Of a stretch of 64,000 nucleotides of DNA, positions 47,058 to 58,109 are shown one piece after another (position 1 is the first letter of the stretch; each line of letters opens with the position of its first letter). Under the pieces are notes generated by a model. It was not told the origin of the DNA and ran no database searches. It saw only the letters and a list, made by a program, of their open reading frames with translations. Made by a program: the position numbers and the translations under genes. The DNA is from Saprolegnia diclina VS20 (lineage: Eukaryota): assembly GCF_000281045.1 (NCBI RefSeq), contig NW_008246093.1, positions 638,561 through 702,560 of the forward strand, given 5' to 3'.

Positions 47058-49109
47058 ATGGCAACGAGAACGTGCCTCCTCTGGGACGTCCGACTCCACC
47101 GACTGCTGTCTTGCGTCGCTGCCATCATCGTCTTCTACGTCGAGTGGACGGGGTCGGATGCGGTCAAGGCCAACCTCCTCGGCGCCAACAACCCCACGCA
47201 CCTCGCGTCCACATACTCGAGCCCACTCATTGGACCATGGGTCGCTAGCCTTCTCAACAGCAGCGGCCCTTGGATACCACCGACGACGGGCTGGCTCTAC
47301 TTGGACTCGGCACCCGACGGCTCGTTCTCTGCAAGCACCGACGCATGCCACACCATGTTACCGGGCGACCGCATTTACGCGCCAAGGTACCTCAACAAGC
47401 TGTTGCCGCGCATTGCGAGCGCTGCGCCATCGCTCCCGGCGCTTCTGTCGTCGACGATCCTTGTTGACTGCGCGTACAGTGGTCGGATGGTCCAAGACAC
47501 GACTGCTCTCAAATTGCACTTTGTCGATCCGGCGGCGACGCAGCTGACAACCCTCTTTCTCCAGACGGTGCACATCAACCGCCCAACGAAACGCCTCTCA
47601 TCCACGTGCGGGTTGGCGACGTTCTCGACCGTCGACCTCTCGGCCGTGACGCTGCCGGATCTCACAACGCCGCAGGAAGCCTCCTACATGCACGCAGTGG
47701 GCCTCGACTTTCCCTACGTTCTGCCGCCGTTTTACCGCCTCACGGTGCCCCACCCACACGATCGGACGGTGGAGGGCATGTGGGCAGGCACGCTAGCGCC
47801 CACGAACGAGCCCGTCTCGGTGGCGGGTACCGACGGCATCTACCGGTCGTCCATCGACACGCAAGCCAGCTTTGGCTACGTGACGTGGGACTTTCCCAAT
47901 AACCCGATCGAGTTTATGCAGTTGATTCATTATCTGACGACCGATGTCTCCAAGGACGCGTACGGCTGGGTGCGCCTTCTCCTTGGCATGGGCATCACCC
48001 TCACCCTCGCTGTTAACGGCAGCGTCGCCCTCCTCGTCGCGCTACGCATGCACAGCGTTCTTGGCGCCACGTGGGTGCCCGACGTGTTTCCCTGCGTTCA
48101 GTTCCGCATTCAACTGCGCGCGCTCCTCTGCCTCGTCGTGCTCGTGAGCACGAACGGCTGGCACCTCTACGAGTACGCACTCTGCACGGCCGACGCCCGC
48201 CAAGGCTGGACCAACACGTTTGTGTTGACCGACATCGTCCGCGCCGATGCGCTCATGGTGTACCTCGGGCTCATGATTTCGCTGGCCAAGGCCGTGCGCA
48301 TCCGCCTACGCCTCGACCTCGTCGTGCTCATCTATCTGATTTGCTACCAGCTGAGCGACAAGATCGTGGCGACGCACGGCCTCGCACTGGAGGCGACGAA
48401 TGCCTTTGTCAAGGCCAACTACCTCGCCAACATCCTCGAGGCCAACGTCGACGGCATGGACCTCTGGACGTGGCACGAAAACCACGACACAAATTTAACG
48501 CTGTTGCTGACGCAAATGACGTGGTGGCTCCTCGCATGCCTTCTCTGCGCCCTCTACGCCGCCTTTGAAAAAACAAGCAACATGTACGATGCCAAGACGC
48601 GGACGTGGCGGACGTGGCGGCGCATGCACCACCTCACGCTGCTCTGCCTCGACAACACTACCACGAATATCGGCGGCCGGCGCATCTCGGACCAGTTCTG
48701 CGCGCGAGTGGTGCCCAGTACGCTCGTCGCGTCCAAGCTGCTCTCACGCCGGAGCTTCTCGGGCGACGACGTCTGCCGCGCGGGGTTCGAGCCGCGCGTC
48801 CGGCAAAAGCTCTGCGAGACGTACGGCCTCGTCGCACCCCTCGACGAGTACCACCTCATTGGCAAGACGCACTTTGTGTCGCCGTCCAGCGTCTGGCTCC
48901 TCGGCTACGTCCTTCTCGACGACCGCTTCATCCTCGACATCCACGACTACCCGCTCGTCGTTTGCAACGCCATTTGCGGCCGACGACTCTTCCGCGTGTA
49001 CGCGTTTCCGTACAAGCACTCGACCGTCGCCTTGGACAAGGTGCTGCTCGCACCCGACGCTGTGCCTTTAGCGTCGATCGGTAGCCTCGCGCTGTACCGC
49101 CTGCGGTAA
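47058..49109 (+). CDS. Uncharacterised multi-pass membrane protein, family member 3
   Basis: Closest to member 1 (identical ANYLANILEANVDGMDLWT and FVLTDIVRAD). Confidence 0.87.
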   Translation: MATRTCLLWDVRLHRLLSCVAAIIVFYVEWTGSDAVKANLLGANNPTHLASTYSSPLIGPWVASLLNSSGPWIPPTTGWLYLDSAPDGSFSASTDACHTMLPGDRIYAPRYLNKLLPRIASAAPSLPALLSSTILVDCAYSGRMVQDTTALKLHFVDPAATQLTTLFLQTVHINRPTKRLSSTCGLATFSTVDLSAVTLPDLTTPQEASYMHAVGLDFPYVLPPFYRLTVPHPHDRTVEGMWAGTLAPTNEPVSVAGTDGIYRSSIDTQASFGYVTWDFPNNPIEFMQLIHYLTTDVSKDAYGWVRLLLGMGITLTLAVNGSVALLVALRMHSVLGATWVPDVFPCVQFRIQLRALLCLVVLVSTNGWHLYEYALCTADARQGWTNTFVLTDIVRADALMVYLGLMISLAKAVRIRLRLDLVVLIYLICYQLSDKIVATHGLALEATNAFVKANYLANILEANVDGMDLWTWHENHDTNLTLLLTQMTWWLLACLLCALYAAFEKTSNMYDAKTRTWRTWRRMHHLTLLCLDNTTTNIGGRRISDQFCARVVPSTLVASKLLSRRSFSGDDVCRAGFEPRVRQKLCETYGLVAPLDEYHLIGKTHFVSPSSVWLLGYVLLDDRFILDIHDYPLVVCNAICGRRLFRVYAFPYKHSTVALDKVLLAPDAVPLASIGSLALYRLR

Positions 49110-49601
49110 GGTTGCGACCCGCACATTATTCGATGCACCAATCACCGACAACGATTTTATCGGCGCACCAATCAAATTGCAGCACGGGTCACAACCCGCA
49201 GTGCGGCGTCGAGCTGTAGGTCGAGTGAATCGAGCAGGCAGCGGACACGAGTTCGTACCGAGTATAATAAAGCGTCATAGGCCAGTCCAACCAACGAGTA
49301 GTACTTGGGCAAACGGCTTTTCCATCGCAAGGGGTCCAGTTTCTGTGGGGATTGTTCCCTTGCTCACTCGTTGTCGCGCGTCCACGTCATTGCTTTTGCC
49401 GAATTGTTTTCACTTGACATTTGTATACTGCGACACACACTCTTTCCACAACCCAAAAGTGCACTTTGCACTTTCTATTTTTTTAATTCTATACGCGATG
49501 TTTGTATTGCGAATAAAATCTCGACATTAAATGATGGGTGTGGGCGATTGCGGGCGATGTTTTCTTATTGGCTTCATTTTCTTATTGTCGCCTTCGCCGC
49601 C

Positions 49602-50588
49602 ATGAACATCTACCCCCAGCAGACGTACGAGGTCGACGCCGGCCGCGCGCTCAACCACACGAGCCCCATCGTCGACAACTGGTGCCACGAGATCAAGGCC
49701 GCCTGCGCCGGCTTTGGCACGGACGAGAGCAAGCTCAACGACATCCTCGGCTCCAAGACCTCGGGCGAACGCTACCTCATCGCGCTTCGCTACCCGGAGC
49801 TCCACAAGACGACGCTCCTCGCCGAGCTCAAGGGCGAGACGTCCGGCGACTACGGCAAGCTCCTTCAGCTCCTCGCCCAGCCCATCGAAGAGGCCGAGGC
49901 CCAGATCATCCGCGAAGCCACCAAGGGCACCGGCACCAACGAAAAGCTCCTCATCCCCGTGCTCTCGGGCCGCTCCAACGAAGAACTCAACATCCTCAAG
50001 AAGGCCTTCTTCAAGAACTACCAGAACGACATGGTCGTCGTCCTCGCCGACGATCTCGGCGGTGACCTCAAGAAGTTCTACCTCTCGGTCGTCAACCAGA
50101 TGCAGCAGACGTTCAACCCCGAGATCCACACGCAGGCCAAGGCCGTCGAGGTGGCCGAGATCATCTACAAGGCCGGCGAGGGCAAGTGGGGCACGGACGA
50201 GGCGACGTTCTGCAACGCGATCTGCTCGATCCCGCCGCAGTTCATGCCGGCCGTCAACGCCGCGTACGTGGCCAAGCACGGCAACAGCCTCGAGCGCGCC
50301 ATTGAGAAGGAGTTTGGCGGCAAGGCGCGTGACGCCCTTCTCTACCACGTCGGCATGATCCTTCACCCGATCGAGACGGTGGCCGCGCAGTTTGAGAAGA
50401 CGATGCACGGCATTGGCACTGACGAGTACGGTCTCTCGGCCGCGCTTGTCCGTTACCAGCACCTCCTCCCGCAGGTCAAGCAGGCGTACCAGGCCAAGTA
50501 CAACAAGTCGCTCCGCGACCGCATCCACGGCGAGACGTCGGGCGACTACCGCAAGCTCCTCCTCTCGATCTTGGAACACTCGAGCTAA
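49602..50588 (+). CDS. Annexin 1
   Basis: Four annexin repeats with GFGTDE, GTGTNE, GKWGTDE and GIGTDE, plus ETSGDY motifs. Confidence 0.96.
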   Translation: MNIYPQQTYEVDAGRALNHTSPIVDNWCHEIKAACAGFGTDESKLNDILGSKTSGERYLIALRYPELHKTTLLAELKGETSGDYGKLLQLLAQPIEEAEAQIIREATKGTGTNEKLLIPVLSGRSNEELNILKKAFFKNYQNDMVVVLADDLGGDLKKFYLSVVNQMQQTFNPEIHTQAKAVEVAEIIYKAGEGKWGTDEATFCNAICSIPPQFMPAVNAAYVAKHGNSLERAIEKEFGGKARDALLYHVGMILHPIETVAAQFEKTMHGIGTDEYGLSAALVRYQHLLPQVKQAYQAKYNKSLRDRIHGETSGDYRKLLLSILEHSS

Positions 50589-50775
50589 GTCTGGACCAAA
50601 TAAATATATACTAGTGTTTTCCTCCTAATTTCTTGGGGGGATCGGGCCTTGTGGTTTTGGTGGAATGGAGCCGGCAGCAAATCTAGCCAAGGGAGGCTCC
50701 AGCTGCTGGAGCCAGAAAGGCGGTGATCCGAAACTCGGCATATCCCCGGTTTCCGCTGGAAATGGCGTGCAGAAC

Positions 50776-50995
50776 GCCGTGGCTACGCGGCGCGGGGATC
50801 GTCTGGCTCTTTCGTGGTCGCCCAACGACGTCTGAGGAACTTGACGACAAGGTCGGTAAAGTTCTTCCAGGCTTTGCAGTCGGCGGCAAAGCTACGCAGT
50901 TTGTTGAGGTCCTCGAGAGACGTCAGCGACGGAGGCGGCGTCAGCGACTGAGGCGGCGACCTCGGTTGGGGCGAAGAAGCGGACCGCAGCCACAT
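50776..50995 (-). mobile_element. Second RTE-like LINE 3' fragment
   Basis: Homologous to 19632-19918 (shared GTCGGCGGCAAAGCTACGCAGTTTGT; encodes LRSFAAD..AWK..TD). Confidence 0.55.
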
Positions 50996-51248
50996 TGGCC
51001 GTACGACCCAGCGCTGACGATCGCAGGAGCCCTAATTGCAAGAACACGTGCAAGCTTACTGCGTGGCGGCTTGTATCTAGCAAGAAGGTCCAAGTGATAG
51101 TACAGACCAAGTGCAGCTCCAAGTGCACTGCCAACTCACAGGGCTCGTCTCTCGATCACAACCCCGTGCAAGAAATTGTTGGGGACGGGATGCCCATATG
51201 GTTTTCCTCGTGGCGCCATAGGTGCCCAGCCATTTCCAAAGTTTCCGA

Positions 51249-53870
51249 ATGTCCAAGCTTGTGATTGTCGGTCTTCTGTGGCTGCTTGCGTCGAGTGCGG
51301 CGCAGACGTGCCCGTATGCGTCGCTCAAGAAGCCGTCGATCATTGCCGCCGACGCCAACTGCCCCAGCTCGAGCGTGTGTCGTCTCGACCCTGCTACATG
51401 CGCGGTTATCTCTGTCAGCAAGGAGCAGTGGTTCTCCAACGTCGACGCCATCGGCGATATGACCAACTTCAACGGCACCGAATTGTACGGGGCATCACTT
51501 ATCGTGGCTAAGAACTGATCGTGGCTAGGAATATCGGCGGCTCAACGAGCATGGACCTGACCAAAATGGTTTTGCGGCAAACTGTGACCATTGTGTGCGT
51601 GCTGTTCAAGATATGGACCCACCGTCATGCGCCGCATCTAGGATCATCCAGCACGTAAAGGCAGTCGACATCAGCAAGGTGAGCAACCCGACGCCTGCCA
51701 CCTGGTACACAGTGATGCGCTGTGTGTGGGCTCTCACAACCGTCATAGGTACTTCAACAACGTGTCCACGGTCACGTGGCCGAGTACATGGCCGCCAAGT
51801 GCCATGACGACGCTGTAAGCGTCCGCAAGTCATTCGTACCGAGGCGTCATGACCTTGTAGTGTCTGCCATCTGTGCAATCTCAAGACGATTCCCGCGGCG
51901 CTGCCGCAGAGTGTTCACCACATGTACCAACCCCAATGCTGTGTCTCCGACACCATAGCTTTGCGCAGGTCTTTCCAGAACAACAGCATCGAGGATCTGA
52001 GCAGCGTCCCCGACAAAGTCACCTATCTGTACGTGTCCCGCTGGAACTCGGTCGTGATGAAACGTGCAGCGACGTGAGCCTCAACCCGGTCACGACGCTC
52101 GCCAATCGCAACTTTTCCAGTGCTCTCTTCTATTTGTACGACGACAAGTGAGGCCGTGACACTCAGTCGCTGGTGTAGGGATCTTGGTAGCACCCCGATC
52201 CAGTCCATTTCGCGTGTCGCCATTGGCGATAGCATCAACCTCTTGTGCGGCGCCCTCCGAGCTCGTATTCTGACATGGGCGTAGTGGGTGCTACGGCTGC
52301 AAGGACCTGAAGAACGTCACCATCACGCAAGCGACGTTCAATGTCCTTGACAAAATGGAGGCCTATTCGCCCAAGTTGAGCACTTCGACGCCAAGATTCT
52401 CCATCTCGACTTCCGTGCAAACGGACGCGGCGACATGCGCGGCCATTGGCGGCACCATCCAACAGCTCTGGAAGTCCAAGACCACCTTGGTTTGGCAGGT
52501 TTGCGTCGTACCTGGTATGCCGCTTCCGAGTTGCCGTGTGTCATTCTCCCAGTAGAGATCGTCGTTAGTACGCCGACAGACTCGAGCTCCTCCAGTAAGT
52601 CGCGTCCTCTGCGGACGTGGTAAAAGCGATCGTAGACACGGGTCTTATCGCTGGCATTGCGGTCGGTGTCGTCGTTCTCGTCGTAGTCGTCGGGGTTTTG
52701 TGCTACCGCCGTCGCCAGAAGGAGGCCAAACGTTTGCGTTACAACGGCACGTCAGAGGACGCCACGAACTACTTTCCCGTGCTTGCAACGCCTGCTGTGT
52801 CGACGGGCACCGCTCCCGGGCTTTCGAGTACGCGGGACCTGAGCTCGAAGCGCGGCAGTATCGACGACAGCGACGACGTCTTCAACATGGCTCACTTGCG
52901 CAAGTACAAGCTCGAACATTCCGACTTGCGGGTGGTTGGCTCCAAGCCCATGGCGTCGGGGGCGTATGGCGACGTGTGGCGCGGCCGCTACTGCGACGAC
53001 GACGTCGCGATCAAGCGCATCAAGCACGAGTCCACCAAGCACATTCAAAGGTTTATTGAGGAAATCGTGCTCCACTCCAAGTACGTCTGCTCGTGGGAAC
53101 TTGATCTGAATATATCCGGCACCTAGAATGCGCTGCGACTACATTGTCGAGTTTGTTGGTGCGTCGTGGCGCCGGCCCACGGACCTTGCGTGCGTCGTCG
53201 AGTACATGGACCTCGGGGACCTCCGGTCGTTCTTGTCCAGGACGACGCCGGAGCAGTTTACGTGGGCGCAGAAGAAGCTGAGCATCACCAGCATCATCCA
53301 CGGCCTCATCTACCTGCACACGTTCGAGACGCCCATCATCCACCGCGACCTCAAGTCCCGCAACGTGCTCTTGGACTCGAAGAAGGTCTGAGCTTGCTGA
53401 TGATTTGGCGCTCAAGCTATAAATGCACAGGGCACCAAGCTCACGGACTTCGGCGAGTCGCGCGAGATGGACGACAACACGCTGACGAACGGCATCGGCA
53501 CGTACCAGTGGATGGCGCCCGAAGTCATCCTCGGGAAGGAGTACACGGTCGCTGCCGACGTCTACTCGTTTGGTAACTATCGTATCAGGGCTAGGGGTAT
53601 TGATTTACGTATCTGCTAGGGGTGCTCCTCACCGAGTTTTCAACGCACTTGACGCCGTACTCGGACATGATCAACCCGCACACGCATCTGCCGTACAACC
53701 AGCAGTACCTCCTCACGCAGGTCACGTCCGGGACGATCAAGCCCACGATCGACGCGTCGCACACGCCGTCGTGGGTTGCGGACATTGCGCGCCAGTGCTT
53801 GGCCACGAACCCTGACGACCGTCCAGGCATGATGATGGTGGACACCATCATTCGTCGGCTTGCGTCCTAA
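51249..53870 (+). CDS. Receptor-like TKL kinase with signal peptide, LRR-like ectodomain and single TM (many introns)
   Basis: MSKLVIVGLLWLLASSAA signal; LRR-like FQNNSIEDLSSVP and DVSLNPVTTL; TM IAGIAVGVVVLVVVVGVLCY-RRRQK; intact SGAYGDV, VAIK, HRDLKSRN, DFG and APE motifs. Confidence 0.9.
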
Positions 53871-54390
53871 CCAACGCGACGCGAGAGTTCTGATAATGAC
53901 AACAATACGCACGTCGGACGAATGTCTGAGCTTCTTCTTGAATGAAACCGCGGCAAACCCTTTGCTTGGAGCTTGACGTTTTATTCGGAGATTCTTCGTC
54001 GTTTCTGACAGCAGACACTGCGACTTGGTTTTGGTTGCCTTGAGCGAACTGCATGGACGTCACGATCCATGTCGAGAGCGCATGAACCTCATGTCACCGT
54101 GGGTTGTCAGAAGCAGCACGTCGGAAACTGCCGGATCTGCTCATGCAGACGTGCCGCCAAGCATCGAGCGCAGCGTCGGCGGCGGCAAGAAGGTCCACTT
54201 GGCGATACCGCGCTAAGAGCCCCACCCGAACTCTTGCATAGCTGGAGGACGCCGAGCAGCCAGACCATTGCAATTCAACCTAAGTGAGGTCCCGCGCTAT
54301 GGCGCCATCGATGCCCAATGTACTCGCTTATGCGTCGTTGCGCTATCGGCGACAACCGCAAGCTCCTCCTACTCGAGCTAAACCACATCA

Positions 54391-54413
54391 ATATATATAT
54401 ATATATATATATA
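54391..54413. repeat. (AT)n microsatellite
   Basis: About 11 AT units upstream of ATG 54461. Confidence 0.9.
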
Positions 54414-54460
54414 GCCCTAGCCCTTAGTCTCGATCTCCAACGGCATGCGAAACTGCGCCA

Positions 54461-56376
54461 ATGTGGTGGGAAGAGTTGTCTGTCGGCGCGCGACGGCTCT
54501 CGTGCTGCGCTGCCGCCTGTCTTTTGCTCTACATTGAGATCTCTGGGTCGTTCGCCATGCNNNNNNNNNNNNNNNNNNNNNNNNNNNNNNNNNNNNNNNN
54601 NNNNNNNNNNNNNNNNNNNNNNNNNNNNNNNNNNNNNNNNNNNNNNNNNNNNNNNNNNNNNNNNNNNNNNNNNNNNNNNNNNNNNNNNNNNNNNNNNNNN
54701 NNNNNNNNNNNNNNNNNNNNNNNNNNNNNNNNNNNNNNNNNNNNNNNNNNNNNNNNNNNNNNNNNNNNNNNNNNNNNNNNNNNNNNNNNNNNNNNNNNNN
54801 NNNNNNNNNNNNNNNNNNNNNNNNNNNNNNNNNNNNNNNNNNNNNNNNNNNNNNNNNNNNNNNNNNNNNNNNNNNNNNNNNNNNNNNNNNNNNNNNNNNN
54901 NNNNNNNNNNNNNNNNNNNNNNNNNNNNNNNNNNNNNNNNNNNNNNNNNNNNNNNNNNNNNNNNNNNNNNNNNNNNNNNNNNNNNNNNNNNNNNNNNNNN
55001 NNNNNNNNNNNNNNNNNNNNNNNNNNNNNNNNNNNNNNNNNNNNNNNNNNNNNNNNNNNNNNNNNNNNNNNNNNNNNNNNNNNNNNNNNNNNNNNNNNNN
55101 NNNNNNNNNNNNNNNNNNNNNNNNNNNNNNNNNNNNNNNNNNNNNNNNNNNNNNNNNNNNNNNNNNNNNNNNNNNNNNNNNNNNNNNNNNNNNNNNNNNN
55201 NNNNNNNNNNNNNNNNNNNNNNNNNNNNNNNNNNNNNNNNNNNNNNNNNNNNNNNNNNNNNNNNNNNNNNNNNNNNNNNNNNNNNNNNNNNNNNNNNNNN
55301 NNNNNNNNNNNNNNNNNNNNNNNNNNNNNNNNNNNNNNNNNNNNNNNNNNNNNNNNNNNNNNNNNNNNNNNNNNNNNNNNNNNNNNNNNNNNNNNNNNNN
55401 NNNNNNNNNNNNNNNNNNNNNNNNNNNNNNNNNNNNNNNNNNNNNNNNNNNNNNNNNNNNNNNNNNNNNNNNNNNNNNNNNNNNNNNNNNNNNNNNNNNN
55501 NNNNNNNNNNNNNTCAAGCTCGGCAACGCCCGGCTCCAACTCGACCATGGATTTGTGCTGGACGCGATGGTGCGCTCGGACGGCGCCACGTACCTCTTGG
55601 CGACCGCGGTTGCCCTCGCCGATCTTTTGCAGATTCGCGTCTGCCTCGACGCCCTCCTCTCTATCTACATGACCTGCTTGTACCACCGAGAAGCGCTCGT
55701 GCATGTCTGCCCATCGTGTGTCTCTGCCAGCGACGCCTTCTTATCGAGCAACTACCTCGCCAGCATCGTCTCGGCGCCGGGCTACGCCATGTCGCTCTGG
55801 ACGTACCATGCGAACGACGACACGCCCCTCGTCCTCCTGCTCACCGAACTCATGTGGTTTCTCACGGCCGTGCTCCTCGTTATCGTCTACATGATTTGTG
55901 TCAAGATGTGGAGCTCGCGGTCGACTCGGCGCGTGCACGCAGAGGTTTTAGGGGTCGTCGCGGTCGCACCACACCGGCGGCCCGCGCTGAAGGACGCGAC
56001 GCCTCTCGGGCCCCGCATTCGCAGCTGGCGGCGACGCACGCTGACCGAGAACTTTGAGCAGTCGGACGTCCAGCTGCTCGCGTTGACGTACGGTATCATC
56101 GCGCCCTTCCACGACGACCCGACCCACGACGGGTTTCTGTCCCCATCGGGCGTCTGGCTCCTCGGGTACTTCATGCTCTGCGACCAGTACCTCGTGGGCA
56201 TTAGCGACTACCCGTGGCTCTGGCTCAACGTGCTCTGCCGACGCAACGTCGGGCGCGTCTACTGCTTCCGCATCCATCGCGACGGCCACACAAGCGCCAA
56301 TCTCGAGATGCTGCATTTCCACGCCGTCGACGCCAGCGATCTCATTGCGCGTCTCTCGCTGCGGCACTTGCATTGA
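54461..56376 (+). CDS. Uncharacterised multi-pass membrane protein, family member 4 (spans an assembly gap)
   Basis: N-terminus RRLSCCAAACLLLYIEISGS before the gap; FVLDAMVRSDG...SNYL...YGIIAP...GVWLLGY after it. Confidence 0.8.
54561..55513. other. Assembly gap (N run)
   Basis: Run of Ns. Confidence 1.
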
Positions 56377-56603
56377 ACCATCGACGCTCAATAAGATAGG
56401 ACCGTCGCTACGACACCAAGACGTCCTGGTGCTATGGATCTGCTTCTCTTCTTGGCCCTCTCGCGGCCAATGCGGTGCAAAGTGAAACGGCAATGTCGGC
56501 CTTTCCGGTCGTCTATCGTTGTGCAGGTTGGTGGCGGACGCCTCGTCCTCGATCTCGTACAATGAATACTCAGCGGATGAAAGGAATGGGTTCCGATGTC
56601 GCC

Positions 56604-56713
56604 NNNNNNNNNNNNNNNNNNNNNNNNNNNNNNNNNNNNNNNNNNNNNNNNNNNNNNNNNNNNNNNNNNNNNNNNNNNNNNNNNNNNNNNNNNNNNNNNN
56701 NNNNNNNNNNNNN
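56604..56713. other. Assembly gap (N run)
   Basis: Run of Ns. Confidence 1.
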
Positions 56714-57637
56714 GATACGGTCGCGGAGCGACGAGCCGTACTTGGCCTGGTACGCCTGCTTGACCTGCGGCAAAAAGTGCTGGTAGCGGACAAGCGCCGT
56801 CGAGAGACCGTACTCGTCGGTGCCGATGCCCTTCATCGTCTTTTCAAACTGGACCGCGATCGTCTCGATCGGGTGAAGGATCATGCCGACGTGGTAGAGG
56901 AGCGCTTCCTTGGCCTTGCCGCCAAACTCCTTTTCGATCGCACGCTCGAGCGTATGGCCGTGCTTGGCCACGTACGCGGCATTGACGGCCGGCATGAACT
57001 GCGGCGGGATCGAGCAGATCGCGTTGCAGAACGTCGCCTCGTCCGTGCCCCACTTGCCCTCACCGGCCTTGTAAATGACCTCGGCCACCTCGACGGCCTT
57101 GGCCTGCGTGTGGATCTCGGGGTTGAACGTCTGCTGCATCTGGTTGACGACCGAGAGGTAGAACTTCTTGAGGTCACCGCCGAGATCGTCAGCAAGGACG
57201 ACGACCATGTCGTTCTGGTAGTTCTTGAAGAAGGCCTTCTTGAGGATGTTGAGTTCTTCGTTGGAGCGGCCCGAGAGCACGGGGATGAGCAGCTTCTCGG
57301 ACGTGCCGGCGCCCTTGGTAGCTTCGCGGATGATCTGGGCCTCGGCCTCTTCGATGGGCTGGGCGAGGAGCTGGAGGAGCTTGCCGTAGTCGCCGGACGT
57401 CTCGCCCTTGAGCTCGGCGAGGAGCGTCGTCTTGTGGAGCTCCGGGTAGCGAAGCGCGATGAGGTGGCGCTGGACGGCCGACTTGGTGCCGATGACCTGC
57501 GTGAGCTTGTTCTCGTCCGTGCCGATGCCAGCGCAGGCCGACTTGATCTCGTGGCACCAGTTGTCGATCTGGAGGTCGGCGTGGTTGAGCGCGCGGCCGG
57601 CGTCGAGCTCGTACGTCGTCTGAGGGTAGAGGTTCAT
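56714..57637 (-). CDS. Annexin 2 (3' end lost in the gap)
   Basis: Near-identical reverse complement of 58110-59033. Confidence 0.93.
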
Positions 57638-57651
57638 CTTGCTTGGAGGGT

Positions 57652-57668
57652 GCAAATGGCAGAATGAA
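57652..57668 (-). promoter_or_regulatory. INR+FPR core promoter of annexin 2
   Basis: Minus-strand TTCATTCTGCCATTTGC, about 15-30 nt upstream of the ATG. Confidence 0.75.
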
Positions 57669-58077
57669 CTTGGTTTAGTCAGTCCGCCGACTGAAGTGTT
57701 TAGTCAGTCGCCCGCCTGACGCGAGAGAAGAATCCGTGGGCGGCAGAGCCCATCCCCTTCGTTCGTCGTGCCACATTTTTGAACATTTTTGAGTTTGGGA
57801 TTGTCAATTTATTTTATTTCTTGATGGTCAATACAAAAGGCAAGTGACGTTTATCAAGTGCAGCGTGCTGGTGGATTGTTGAGCTGCAAGCAGATGGCAC
57901 TGAATCTCAAGGTGTCGCCACCAGCGATAACGCGCGTTCATGGGAAAAGACTATGGAGCAGATCTGCTGTGTACCCACGTCCCAGGACAACTGACGTCGC
58001 AGCTGCTCTCCGCAATCTTCGCGAGTAGCTGCGTCGAGTTGTCGGAGAAGACCAGCTCTGGTCCCGTAGCTACACTT

Positions 58078-58095
58078 GCTCATTCTGCCATTTGC
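58078..58095 (+). promoter_or_regulatory. INR+FPR core promoter of annexin 3
   Basis: GCTCATTCTGCCATTTGC closely matches the oomycete INR+FPR consensus. Confidence 0.8.
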
Positions 58096-58109
58096 ACCCT
58101 CCAAGCAAG

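Noticed and set aside
54318..56057. ORFs running through the N gap
   Set aside because: Artefacts of translating Ns. Only the TM-family termini on either side are supported.
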